Of a stretch of DNA of 32,000 bases, positions 1-8,524 are shown one piece after another. Each line of letters starts with the position of its first letter. The first letter of the stretch is position 1. The stretch is from an archaeon (lineage in GTDB: Archaea; Nanobdellota; Nanobdellia; Pacearchaeales; GW2011-AR1). The stretch lies in NCBI GenBank assembly GCA_043811855.1, contig JBDRMT010000004.1:973-32972 (forward strand), written 5' to 3'. Under the pieces are notes generated by a model. It was not told where the DNA came from and searched no databases. It saw nothing but the letters and a program-made list of their open reading frames with translations. Made by a program: the position numbers and the translations under genes.

Positions 1-857
1 TTAGATTCTAAGATTTTTGGAGCTATAAACCTAAGGTTTGTTAATAATGGTTTAAAATCTTTTTTTTCTAAAAATTCTTCAATTGATTCTGTTGTTATCA
101 ACTCTGATTTTGGATAAATTTCTTGTCTTTGTTTTAAAAATCCTGCTAAGTTTTGTTCACTATTAAATCCAAAAAATATAGCGTCAGGATTTTTTTCTTT
201 TGCTTTTGTTATTGGAGTTCTTAAATCTGTATCTGTAGGATTTATTTTATATTCAGCTAGTATTTGAATTTCATATTTTTCTGAACCTTTTCTTAGATTA
301 AAAACAGTATCTTCCCAAAAAATATCATTTGATCTTATTATTACTATATTGTTAATATTATTTTCAGATATATATTTAGGTAAAATTTGTAATTCTGCAT
401 CAGATCTATACCATGTAACAAATATGTTTTTATAATTTTCTTCACTTTTGACAGCAGTTACAGCTGCACTCGGCTCCATCATTATAATGTTCTTTGTATT
501 TGATAATGGAGCAGGTCCTAAAAAAGTATCCATCCAAGTAGGTCCTATTATAACATCAACATTATCTACTTCTATTAATTTTGTTACAGCAGAAAGAGTA
601 TCTTTTTGTTCTGATTTAGTATCTTCAATAATCAATTTAACTTTTTTCCCATTAACCCCTCCAAGTTCATTAATCTCTTCGATTGCTAGTAAAGCTCCAT
701 TTCTATCTGCTTCTCCCCAAGTATTAGCAAATCCAGTTAGACCAAATGCTCCTCCTATTTTAATAACATCCTCCTTTTGCTCTTTAGGCATAAATGCAAT
801 TATAAGGGCAATTATTATGATTACAATAATAAGTATTAATAAACTCTTTTTTTTCAT
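1..857 (-). CDS. LivJ-type (type I periplasmic-binding-protein fold) ABC substrate-binding protein, membrane-anchored; 3' end outside the window
   Basis: The minus strand is open from ATG (857-855) to the window edge. My translation is MKKKSLLILIIIVIIIIALIIAFMPKEQKEDVIKIGGAFGLTGFANTWGEADRNGALLAIEEINELGGVNGKKVKLIIEDTKSEQ... It has an N-terminal TM anchor and the IKIG..LTG motif shared with five paralogs in the window. It is absent from the ORF track because it runs off the edge. The 448..861 + ORF is its antisense shadow. Confidence 0.8.
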   Translation of the reverse strand, partial: MKKKSLLILIIVIIIIALIIAFMPKEQKEDVIKIGGAFGLTGFANTWGEADRNGALLAIEEINELGGVNGKKVKLIIEDTKSEQKDTLSAVTKLIEVDNVDVIIGPTWMDTFLGPAPLSNTKNIIMMEPSAAVTAVKSEENYKNIFVTWYRSDAELQILPKYISENNINNIVIIRSNDIFWEDTVFNLRKGSEKYEIQILAEYKINPTDTDLRTPITKAKEKNPDAIFFGFNSEQNLAGFLKQRQEIYPKSELITTESIEEFLEKKDFKPLLTNLRFIAPKILES

Positions 858-887
858 TTAGAAAGTAAGAGAATATATTTTAAAAGT

Positions 888-1988
888 CTATTGGTTGTAA
901 AGCTCTAATTCTCCATTAACAATCTTTACAGAATACATAACAGGATTAATTTCTCCATTAGATTGAATATCTACTTTTCCATTTAAGCTGTCAAATGTTT
1001 TGAGATTGATTATGTTTTGAGCAATTGCTTCTCCATTTAACTTTTGTCCATTAGTTGCTTTAGCAACTAATCTTATTATGTCATATCCAAAATCAGCTCC
1101 TAAAGAAGGGTCCTTGTTATAAGTTTCTTTATAATTATTTTTAAACTCAGAATCCTGCATTAAAAATAGAGCAGCAGATGTATAGACTCCATCTGCTGAA
1201 GCTTGTTTTCTTGTTGATTCAGCTGAAAGAACTGAAGAAGATTCATATAAATCAGCATCTATCTGCAGTTCATTAAATTCTTCTACAATGTTAATTCCTT
1301 CTATTGGTGTTGAGCTTACAAACATAATCATTTCTGGATTTTTAGATTTAATTTTAGATAGTTGAGTTTTAAATTCAGTAGTTCCAGGGTTAAAATTTTC
1401 TTCAGCTACAATATCTATTTGTTTTTCTTCAGCACGTTTTTTAATATGATCTGAAACAGAAACTCCATATTCATCATTAATATACAATAATCCCATTGTA
1501 TTGTAATCTCCTATATTTATATTATTAAAATGAGAGTCTGCATATGCTTTTTCATCTACATAAAATCTAAATGCATAAGGGCTTTCATCAGCAACTCCTT
1601 TTGCTGCAACAATGGTCATAATTAAAGGGATTTTATCATTATCAACTAATGATATAATAGGAATACTAACCCTACTAAAAGCAGAAACAACAACATCAAC
1701 ATCTTTTAATTTTAGACTTTGATATGCTGAAATAGCTTCTTTTGAATCTGCTTTACTATCTTCATAAATAAATTTTATATTAATTCCTTCTTGAGATAAT
1801 TCTTGTTGTGCAATTTCCATACCATTTTTAATTGATTCTCCCCACACAGATGCTCCTCCTGTCAAAGGGAGTATTGCTCCAATAGTTAGGGTTTCAGAAT
1901 TTGTTTTGGGCATAAGAGCTATTACTAAAACAATTATAACAATTAATAGAATAACTAGAAGAATTATAAGTTTGTTCTTGTTTTTCAT
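888..1988 (-). CDS. LivJ-type ABC substrate-binding protein, membrane-anchored (class A, MPK... linker)
   Basis: 366 aa. It has an N-terminal hydrophobic anchor followed by LTIGAILPLTGGASVWGE and INIKFIYEDSKADSKEA, typical of Leu/Ile/Val-binding-protein family receptors. ATG confirmed at 1988-1986. Confidence 0.85.
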   Translation of the reverse strand: MKNKNKLIILLVILLIVIIVLVIALMPKTNSETLTIGAILPLTGGASVWGESIKNGMEIAQQELSQEGINIKFIYEDSKADSKEAISAYQSLKLKDVDVVVSAFSRVSIPIISLVDNDKIPLIMTIVAAKGVADESPYAFRFYVDEKAYADSHFNNINIGDYNTMGLLYINDEYGVSVSDHIKKRAEEKQIDIVAEENFNPGTTEFKTQLSKIKSKNPEMIMFVSSTPIEGINIVEEFNELQIDADLYESSSVLSAESTRKQASADGVYTSAALFLMQDSEFKNNYKETYNKDPSLGADFGYDIIRLVAKATNGQKLNGEAIAQNIINLKTFDSLNGKVDIQSNGEINPVMYSVKIVNGELELYNQ

Positions 1989-2018
1989 GGATAATAGAGG
2001 AATGAGTGGTTTAAAAAA

Positions 2019-3092
2019 TTAATTGATTAAAACAAGTTGGCCCTCTTTGACCAGGTATATTCTCTCAACTCTGTCAAGACTTCCTGAAGGTCCAATGACT
2101 TCTACTAGTCCTTGCTGTAAGTTATTAGGATTAATTTTATATGCATTTTCAATTGTCTTAAGACCATCATATCCAAAAGATACAAGAGTAATATCAATTG
2201 GCTCTTCACCAAATTTTTCAAAATATTTTTGTTTTAAAACATTAACATTCTCAACATAAATGTTTGTGAAGATAATACCTTCTGCTGCATTTCCAGATGC
2301 ATCAATTACATCTTGTATAATTGAATCTCCAGCTAAGATCTGTGCATCAATTCCTAATTCTCTTTTTTGGGTTATAAAATCTGCAATGACTGGAGGGACC
2401 AAAGGAGCATAAATTGCATCAACATTTTTATTTTTAATTTTTAAAAGAGCTGTTCTATAATCTCTTTCATCAGGATTATAAGTTTCATGAATTACAATCT
2501 CTCCTCCTAAGGTAACAAATTTATTCATAAAAGCTTTTGAAATTATCTCAGACCAAACGTCTTTATGAGATATAACTGCAATTTTTCTTAATTTTAATTC
2601 ATTAAAGGCAAATTCTGCCATTTTTTCTCCAGATTTCTCTGTTGAAAACCCGGTGCTAAACAGATTATCAGATTCATAAATAAAATTTGTACTATCCCAT
2701 ACAACAAGCAAGGGAATTTTTTTATTATTGAAAATCGGAGCAATAGGTTTTGCTACCTCAATCATTGTAGTTAAACCAACATCAATATTATCAATGTTTG
2801 TTAACTTATTTGCAGAATTAATAGCTGCAATACTGTTAAAACTTTCTTCATCTTCATAAATAACTTTAATATCTAAATATGATTCATCTAAAGCTAGTTT
2901 TATTCCCCTACTAACTTCCTGACCAATATAACTATAATCTCCTGATAAAGGCAAGATTGCTCCAACAACTAAATCTTTATTATTTTTAATACTAAATCCT
3001 GTCATTATAAAAGTATTAACTAAAATTAACAACATTACTCCTAGTATTGCTATAATAACAATTATTTTTATTGTATTATTTTTGTTTTCCAT
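2019..3092 (-). CDS. LivJ-type ABC substrate-binding protein, membrane-anchored (class B, FSIKNNKD linker); module 1
   Basis: 357 aa. TM anchor, then TGFSIKNNKDLVVGAILPLSGDYSYIGQE. Divergent from the TrmB gene at 3172. Confidence 0.85.
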   Translation of the reverse strand: MENKNNTIKIIVIIAILGVMLLILVNTFIMTGFSIKNNKDLVVGAILPLSGDYSYIGQEVSRGIKLALDESYLDIKVIYEDEESFNSIAAINSANKLTNIDNIDVGLTTMIEVAKPIAPIFNNKKIPLLVVWDSTNFIYESDNLFSTGFSTEKSGEKMAEFAFNELKLRKIAVISHKDVWSEIISKAFMNKFVTLGGEIVIHETYNPDERDYRTALLKIKNKNVDAIYAPLVPPVIADFITQKRELGIDAQILAGDSIIQDVIDASGNAAEGIIFTNIYVENVNVLKQKYFEKFGEEPIDITLVSFGYDGLKTIENAYKINPNNLQQGLVEVIGPSGSLDRVERIYLVKEGQLVLIN

Positions 3093-3126
3093 AACAAAAA
3101 CTTAATAGAAAGATTTATATATTTAG

Positions 3127-3146
3127 TTAGTATGATATCATACTAA
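3127..3146. promoter_or_regulatory. 20-bp perfect palindrome TTAGTATGATATCATACTAA between back-to-back TATA-like boxes; candidate TrmB operator
   Basis: I read it directly and it is its own reverse complement. It lies between TATA-like gatttatatattt (3112-3124, about 26 nt from the minus-strand ATG at 3092) and ctaatataaatg (3143-3154, about 23 nt from the ATG at 3172). Confidence 0.5.
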
Positions 3147-3171
3147 TATAAATGATAATTTGATAAAAAAT

Positions 3172-3894
3172 ATGAAAAACATATTAAGACAAATTGGGCT
3201 AACAGATTATGAAGCAGAAGTTTACATAGTATTGCTTGCACACGGCCAATTGTCTGCTTATGAATTAGCAGAAAAAGCAGGATTATACAGACAGGTAACT
3301 TATGACACATTAAAAAGGCTTCAAGAAAAAGCATTTGTAAGCTCAGTAACTAAAGGAAAAACAAAGCTCTTTAGGGCTTTGGATCCTAAATTAATTCTTG
3401 AAATATTAAATGAAAAAATAGATAATTTTAAGCAAGTTCTTCCAGAATTATCAAACCTTCAAAAACAATCTTCTGATAAAATTATTGTTGAAACTTACAA
3501 AGGTAAAAATGTCATGAGACTTGCATTTAGAGATATAATAAACCAATTAAAAAACAAAGGGGGGGAGGTCTTATGCACTGCTGTAGATGAAAATGTTCCA
3601 TTTACAGATTATGAAATTATCTGTGGACAATATGAAAGAGATATGATAAGATATAAGATTAAAGAAAGAATTATAATCAAACAAGGAGCAGAAGGCGTAT
3701 TTAAGAAAGGAACCTCTAAATATAAAAATATATCTAAAGAATATTTTAATGAAAACCCAGTCCAGATATATGGAAATAATGTTCATACAATAATCTGGGG
3801 TAATCCAGATTATTTAATAATTATAAGAAGTAAAGAAGTTGCTGAAAGTTATAGAAAGCAATTTGAGTTTATGTGGAAGCATGCAAGGGCTTGA
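3172..3894 (+). CDS. TrmB-family transcriptional regulator (wHTH + C-terminal domain), module 1
   Basis: MKNILRQIGLTDYEAEVYIVLLAHGQLSAYELAEKAGLYRQVTYDTLKRLQEKAFV matches the TrmB N-terminal wHTH pattern. The ORF-track start at 3160 is TTG, so I prefer the ATG at 3172. Confidence 0.85.
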   Translation: MKNILRQIGLTDYEAEVYIVLLAHGQLSAYELAEKAGLYRQVTYDTLKRLQEKAFVSSVTKGKTKLFRALDPKLILEILNEKIDNFKQVLPELSNLQKQSSDKIIVETYKGKNVMRLAFRDIINQLKNKGGEVLCTAVDENVPFTDYEIICGQYERDMIRYKIKERIIIKQGAEGVFKKGTSKYKNISKEYFNENPVQIYGNNVHTIIWGNPDYLIIIRSKEVAESYRKQFEFMWKHARA

Positions 3895-4305
3895 TCACAT
3901 TACAACATTAATACTCTTTATATTTAAAAATTCTTTATCAAAAGTTATTAAATCTCTTATTTTATAAATATCCATATAAGCAATTATTATACAATCTGTA
4001 AAGCTAAATTTGGTTTGTTTTTGGTTTGAAAAAACTTCCCAAGCTTTATTAAAAGTATCTTCATTAATATGAGTAACTCCTATTGTTGATATGATATCAT
4101 TTCCTATTATTTTAACTTTATTAATATCTTTTAATAATCTTAAACAAACACCTATAACTTCATCAAAAATATGATCTAAAACAATAAAATTGTCTGAATA
4201 ATCTCTTATTTTTTCAGATAATTCTACTGCTTTTTTATGATGAACATCATCATCATTAAAATACGCTATTAAAAAATTTGCATCAAATAGTATCATTTTA
4301 TTCAT
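3895..4305 (-). CDS. vapC: PIN-domain toxin (VapC-like)
   Basis: ILFDANFLIAYFNDDD...VLDHIFDEV...FSFTDCIIIAYM...LITFDKEF shows the acidic PIN residues in the usual order. The ORF-track N-terminal extension (to 4422) overlaps the antitoxin gene. ATGs at 4305 or 4296 fit the 4298 stop of the upstream gene. Confidence 0.8.
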   Translation of the reverse strand: MNKMILFDANFLIAYFNDDDVHHKKAVELSEKIRDYSDNFIVLDHIFDEVIGVCLRLLKDINKVKIIGNDIISTIGVTHINEDTFNKAWEVFSNQKQTKFSFTDCIIIAYMDIYKIRDLITFDKEFLNIKSINVVM

Positions 4306-4546
4306 AAAGTATTTTATCAATTTCTTCACTAGCCCTTTCAGTTCCAGGACCCCAACTAAAGGGTTTAACTTGTAAAAATTTCTTTTTACTTTTATTCTTA
4401 ATTTTCTGTTTTTCTTTTTCAATATATAATTTCATTGCTAAAGTCAATGCATCACCTAGTTTTAGTCTTTGTTCAACTGATAAAGATCTAAATTTATTAT
4501 AAACTTCTTCATCAATTTCTCTAACTCCTATAAATGTTTTTCCCAT
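4298..4546 (-). CDS. Small antitoxin-like protein (VapB-type partner of the PIN toxin)
   Basis: 82 aa, immediately upstream of and overlapping or abutting the PIN gene. Its size, position and charged C-terminal half are typical of type II antitoxins. Confidence 0.6.
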   Translation of the reverse strand: MGKTFIGVREIDEEVYNKFRSLSVEQRLKLGDALTLAMKLYIEKEKQKIKNKSKKKFLQVKPFSWGPGTERASEEIDKILYE

Positions 4547-4564
4547 ATGTTAAACATGTTAAAC
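4547..4564. promoter_or_regulatory. Tandem ATGTTAAAC x2 containing the 12-bp palindrome TTAACATGTTAA; candidate VapB operator
   Basis: Read directly. It abuts the antitoxin ATG (4546-4544, minus strand). Confidence 0.4.
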
Positions 4565-4598
4565 AAGTATTTAAATGTTTTTGTTAGAAGTATCTTTT

Positions 4599-5723
4599 TT
4601 AATTAATTTCAACTACCTCTCCATCTTCATATATAAACATTGATTCTTTAATACTTCTTGCAACATGATCATCATCAATTGTAATTAATCCTGCAGCTCC
4701 TTGAAAATCTTTTGTATTTTCTAGGTTTGTTTTAATACATTTTATATCTTCTTGATAATTGCATTGGTTCATAGCATTTAGTAGAACAGATGCTGAATCA
4801 TAACCTGCTGTCATAAATAAAACATTATCAGGATCTTTGTTGTGTTCTTGTTTATAAGAATCTATAAGATTTAGGAATTTTGGATTATTTTCAGAACCTT
4901 GCCAAAATGTAAATATTAAACCATTGATATTTTCTTTATTTCCTGCATTTTTTTTAAAATCTTCACTTACAAAAGTATCTATTCCTATAATTTCTGAATT
5001 AATATTTAATTCTTTTGCTTGTTTTACTATTCTTCCTGTTTCTTCCCAACCAATCATTACTATATTATCTTGGGTATTCACTTTAGTTAAAATTGATCTA
5101 AAGTCTGTTGTTGAAAAAGAATAATCTTCTTCTATTACTTGTCCTTTAAATCTTTGTTTAAATGAATTTTTTGTTAAAGTTGAAAATGCATCATCTAGAT
5201 TAGTTATTAACCCTGCACTTTCTGCATTGTTGTTATTTAAATAATCTGCAATAGCATAACCAATGCTTTCATCATATATTCCTATTGAAAAGGTATTATC
5301 ATTTAAATTAGAAAACTCTTCACTTGAATCAAGACTGTTTATTAGCAAAACATTATCTTTTTCTGCTTTATCTGTTAAAGCTAAAAATCCATCATAAGTA
5401 TTTATGAATATTATTTTAACTCCTTGAACATATACAAAATTATTATATGCATCAATTGCTTGTCTTGCATCATATTGGTCATCTTGAACAAACAGCTTTA
5501 TTTTATTATCTTGGTTAATCTCGTCTATTGCAAGTTTAATGCCATTAAGATTTTCAGTTCCAACAACAGCTCCTTCTCCTGTTAAAGGTCCTATAAATCC
5601 TATTTTAATTGTATCTTTATTATCTTTAATAGCAAATTGTGTTATTGATATCTCAAATATAGTTAAGGCTATAATTACCATTATGACTATTATTCCAATG
5701 ATTTTTATTTTTCTTCTTTCCAT
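4599..5723 (-). CDS. LivJ-type ABC substrate-binding protein, membrane-anchored (class B); module 2
   Basis: 374 aa. TM anchor, then TQFAIKDNKDTIKIGFIGPLTGEGAVVGTE. Divergent from the TrmB gene at 5839. Confidence 0.85.
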   Translation of the reverse strand: MERRKIKIIGIIVIMVIIALTIFEISITQFAIKDNKDTIKIGFIGPLTGEGAVVGTENLNGIKLAIDEINQDNKIKLFVQDDQYDARQAIDAYNNFVYVQGVKIIFINTYDGFLALTDKAEKDNVLLINSLDSSEEFSNLNDNTFSIGIYDESIGYAIADYLNNNNAESAGLITNLDDAFSTLTKNSFKQRFKGQVIEEDYSFSTTDFRSILTKVNTQDNIVMIGWEETGRIVKQAKELNINSEIIGIDTFVSEDFKKNAGNKENINGLIFTFWQGSENNPKFLNLIDSYKQEHNKDPDNVLFMTAGYDSASVLLNAMNQCNYQEDIKCIKTNLENTKDFQGAAGLITIDDDHVARSIKESMFIYEDGEVVEIN

Positions 5724-5771
5724 TTTGTTTTATTTTATGTTTATTTTGTTACTACCATTCGGTTTAATTTT

Positions 5772-5805
5772 AGTATTTATACTTATGTCGTAAGTTTTAC
5801 TACGA
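5772..5805. promoter_or_regulatory. Inverted repeats AGTAT-TT-ATACT (5772-5783) and TCGTA-N8-TACGA (5788-5805) in the divergent module 2 promoter region
   Basis: Read directly. The AGTAT/ATACT half-sites are the same as in the 3127-3146 palindrome. TATA-like aaatatttaaatagg (5805-5818) lies about 28 nt before the ATG at 5839. Confidence 0.3.
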
Positions 5806-5838
5806 AATATTTAAATAGGTGAAAATCTATTATTTTCT

Positions 5839-6567
5839 ATGAAAGAAGAACTACATGACTTTGGTTTAACAGAAAATGAAATTAAGACATACTTAGTCCT
5901 ACTAAAGTTAGGAAATGCAAATCCTTCTGAAATAGCTGAAAAAACAGGATTTTCACGTCCTTATGTATATGATATTTTAGAGAGATTATTAGAAAAAAGT
6001 ATTGTTTCTTTTGTTTTAAAGAAAAATAAAAAGTATTATTCTGCTATTGAACCTAGTTTGTTAGAGGAATTAGCAAAACAAAGACTTGATAATATTAAAA
6101 AGATTGTTCCTGATTTAGAGAAGATTAAAAAATCTATTGATGAAGAAATTAAAGTTGAGTTACATAAGGGTGAGTGGGTTTTTAAGATGTTATTAAATGA
6201 TGTTTTATCTATCTTAAAAAAGAATGATGAAGTGTTAATTTATGGCATTGATGAATTATCTATTTTTAAATTAAACAAATTCATGCCTATGTATTTGGAT
6301 CAATATTTTCATAGAATTATAAAAATGAAGACAAAAGAAAGAGTGATTATTGCAGAGGGTGGAAAAAGGTTTCCAGAAGCAACTACTACTAAATATAAAA
6401 CTCTTCCAAAGGAAATTATAGGAAATACTTCTTTTTTTCTTTATGCAAATAAAGTTGCTATTTTTCTCTGGGGAATACCTAATTATCTTATTTTAATTGA
6501 AAACAAAAGAGTTGCAGATTCATATAGAAATCAGTTTGAAATGTTATGGAAAGCTGCTAAAGCCTGA
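5839..6567 (+). CDS. TrmB-family transcriptional regulator, module 2
   Basis: LHDFGLTENEIKTYLVLLKLGNANPSEIAEKTGFSRPYVYDILERLLEKSIV is the wHTH. The C-terminal NYLILIENKRVADSYRNQFEMLWKAA is shared with the other two paralogs. Confidence 0.85.
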   Translation: MKEELHDFGLTENEIKTYLVLLKLGNANPSEIAEKTGFSRPYVYDILERLLEKSIVSFVLKKNKKYYSAIEPSLLEELAKQRLDNIKKIVPDLEKIKKSIDEEIKVELHKGEWVFKMLLNDVLSILKKNDEVLIYGIDELSIFKLNKFMPMYLDQYFHRIIKMKTKERVIIAEGGKRFPEATTTKYKTLPKEIIGNTSFFLYANKVAIFLWGIPNYLILIENKRVADSYRNQFEMLWKAAKA

Positions 6568-7689
6568 TTAATTAACCTCTACAGCTTTTCCATCCTTTAC
6601 TTTCATCATTACAAAATCTTTTGTAAATCCACCTTTACCATCACTTATTAAATGGCCTGATACTCCGTTGTATTCCTTAATATTATTAAGATATTCTTGT
6701 AAAGCTGTTGGGTTTGTTGAACCTGTTTGTTCAATAGCTTCTGCAATCATCATAACTGCATCATATGCAGAATCAGCACCTATATCAATATCTTGATTAA
6801 AAGTTTGTTTATATCTTTGTTCAAAGTCTTTTGTTGGAGTTAAAGATGTTAAAAAGATCATATCATTGTATGCTCCATCTGATGCTTCTATAATAGCATT
6901 ATCTACTGTTACTGAATACAAAGGGAGATTAACTCCTATTTCCTTAATACGTTTTACAACTGAAACTCCTATAATATATTCTCCTGAAGTTACTACAACT
7001 GCATCAATATTTTTTGCATTTTTAATTTTTAGTGCATCTGTTGTTACTTCTGTTTCTCCTGGTAAAGGTTCAACTAAAACTTCAACTTTCCCACCTAACT
7101 CTTCAAATCTACTTTTAAATGCAATTGTTTGATCTTTAACCCAGGGTTGTTGAGCACCAATCATAGCTACTTTTCTATGACCTTCTTTATAGACTAAATC
7201 TGCAAGATTTTTAGATAGTATATAGTCATGAGGCCAGGTATTGAACAAAAATTCACTATTTTCATTAAAATCTTTTACTCCTAATGAAGGTGATATCATT
7301 AAAACTTTATTATCACGAGCTAAATCTTTTAAAGCTAGTCCTGCAGGTGTCCATGTGGTTCCAATTATAATATCAATATCTTGAACATCTACTAAATTTC
7401 TAAAAGCATTAATAGCTTTTGTAGGATCTCCTTGGGAATCTTGATGATTAACAATAAGTTTTTTACTATTAATTCCTCCACCATCATTAATATCCTTAAC
7501 AGCTAAGTCTATTCCATTTTTAGAAGCAATTCCCCAACTAGAACCTTCATTAGTTAATATTAATATGCTTCCTAGATTTATTGTATCTTTATTATTTTTA
7601 ATACTAAATTCTGTTATAAAAAATGTATTTATTGCAAGCAAAGCTACAACTAAGATTGTTACTATTGCTATTATTTTTTTGTTTCCCAT
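6568..7689 (-). CDS. LivJ-type ABC substrate-binding protein, membrane-anchored (class B, divergent ligand-site motif); module 3
   Basis: 373 aa. TM anchor, then TEFSIKNNKDTINLGSILILTNEGSSWG. Its stop abuts the module 2 TrmB stop with no gap (6567/6568). Confidence 0.85.
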   Translation of the reverse strand: MGNKKIIAIVTILVVALLAINTFFITEFSIKNNKDTINLGSILILTNEGSSWGIASKNGIDLAVKDINDGGGINSKKLIVNHQDSQGDPTKAINAFRNLVDVQDIDIIIGTTWTPAGLALKDLARDNKVLMISPSLGVKDFNENSEFLFNTWPHDYILSKNLADLVYKEGHRKVAMIGAQQPWVKDQTIAFKSRFEELGGKVEVLVEPLPGETEVTTDALKIKNAKNIDAVVVTSGEYIIGVSVVKRIKEIGVNLPLYSVTVDNAIIEASDGAYNDMIFLTSLTPTKDFEQRYKQTFNQDIDIGADSAYDAVMMIAEAIEQTGSTNPTALQEYLNNIKEYNGVSGHLISDGKGGFTKDFVMMKVKDGKAVEVN

Positions 7690-7754
7690 TTTATTACCTT
7701 CTGAGAGTCATATTTAATAACTCACTCTCCAATAATGGAGGAGAAAAAGAAAGG

Positions 7755-7770
7755 TTTATATATATAAAAA
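7755..7770 (+). promoter_or_regulatory. Archaeal-type TATA (tttatatatataaaaa) preceded by AAAGG, about 25 nt upstream of the ATG at 7785
   Basis: Read directly. The same AAAGG+TTTTTATAA arrangement occurs at 17774-17787, about 25 nt before the ATG at 17808. This suggests leaderless transcripts. Confidence 0.45.
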
Positions 7771-7784
7771 ATATTATAAATATA

Positions 7785-8513
7785 ATGGATACTCAAATAC
7801 TAGAAGACTTGGGATTTACAAATGCAGAGATTAAGATATATTTGGCCTTATTAGAATTAGGTAAAACTAGTGTAGGGCCAATAATTGAAAAATCTGGATT
7901 ACAAAGCTCTGTTGTGCATACAACAATTCATAAACTAGTGAATAAAGGTTTTGTTTCTTTTATTAAAGAAGGTCAGAGAAATCATTATAGTGCAGCAAAT
8001 CCAAAGCATATTTCTAATTATATTGATGATAAAAAGAAAGAATTTGAAGAATTATTGCCTTTTCTTTTATCTAAGCAAGATAAAGCAACAAAAAAATCAG
8101 AAGTAACAACATATTTGGGAATAAAGGGAGTTAGAGAATTATTATATGAATTATTAGAAGCAGGAGGGAAAGAGCATCATACATTAGGATCTTCGATTGA
8201 TTCGGTTATGATGGGAGATGCTTTTTGGTCAAATTATCATAAAAGAAGGATTGATAAAGGGATAAAGGCAAAATTACTGTTTAATGAATCACTTAAGACT
8301 TGGACTTTAAAAAATAAGTATCCTAATGCTGAATATAAATTTACAAAATCTGGATTTGAACCTTTAACTGAGACAATAATCAGAAACGATAAAGTGGGGA
8401 TAATTATTTGGGTTACTCCTCCCCTAGGAATTTTAATTCATAATAAGGTTGCTGCTGAAAGTTATGATAAGTTCTGGAAAATTATTTGGGATAGTATTAA
8501 GAAAGTTTATTGA
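7785..8513 (+). CDS. TrmB-family transcriptional regulator, module 3
   Basis: MDTQILEDLGFTNAEIKIYLALLELGKTSVGPIIEKSGLQSSVVHTTIHKLVNKGFV. The ORF-track N-terminal 54 residues (from 7623) overlap the SBP gene and look like antisense noise. Confidence 0.85.
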   Translation: MDTQILEDLGFTNAEIKIYLALLELGKTSVGPIIEKSGLQSSVVHTTIHKLVNKGFVSFIKEGQRNHYSAANPKHISNYIDDKKKEFEELLPFLLSKQDKATKKSEVTTYLGIKGVRELLYELLEAGGKEHHTLGSSIDSVMMGDAFWSNYHKRRIDKGIKAKLLFNESLKTWTLKNKYPNAEYKFTKSGFEPLTETIIRNDKVGIIIWVTPPLGILIHNKVAAESYDKFWKIIWDSIKKVY

Positions 8514-8524
8514 AAGTTAAATAA

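Noticed and set aside
448-861. 137-aa plus-strand ORF from the supplied track
   Set aside because: It lies entirely antisense to a well-supported LivJ-type SBP gene (1-857, minus strand). The sequence is low-complexity I/S/F-rich, typical of a shadow ORF in AT-rich DNA.
2023-7132. Plus-strand ORFs 2023..2259, 4924..5124, 5539..5793 and 6866..7132, and minus-strand ORFs 3143..3334 and 3571..3786
   Set aside because: All are antisense shadows inside SBP or TrmB genes. They have no recognisable motifs, no plausible RBS or TATA, and a hydrophobic low-complexity composition.
7623-7784. N-terminal 54-residue extension of the third TrmB ORF (MYLLQAKLQLRLLLLLL...)
   Set aside because: It overlaps the SBP gene start and the promoter region. 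The conserved TrmB wHTH begins at the ATG at 7785, which has a TATA box about 25 nt upstream.
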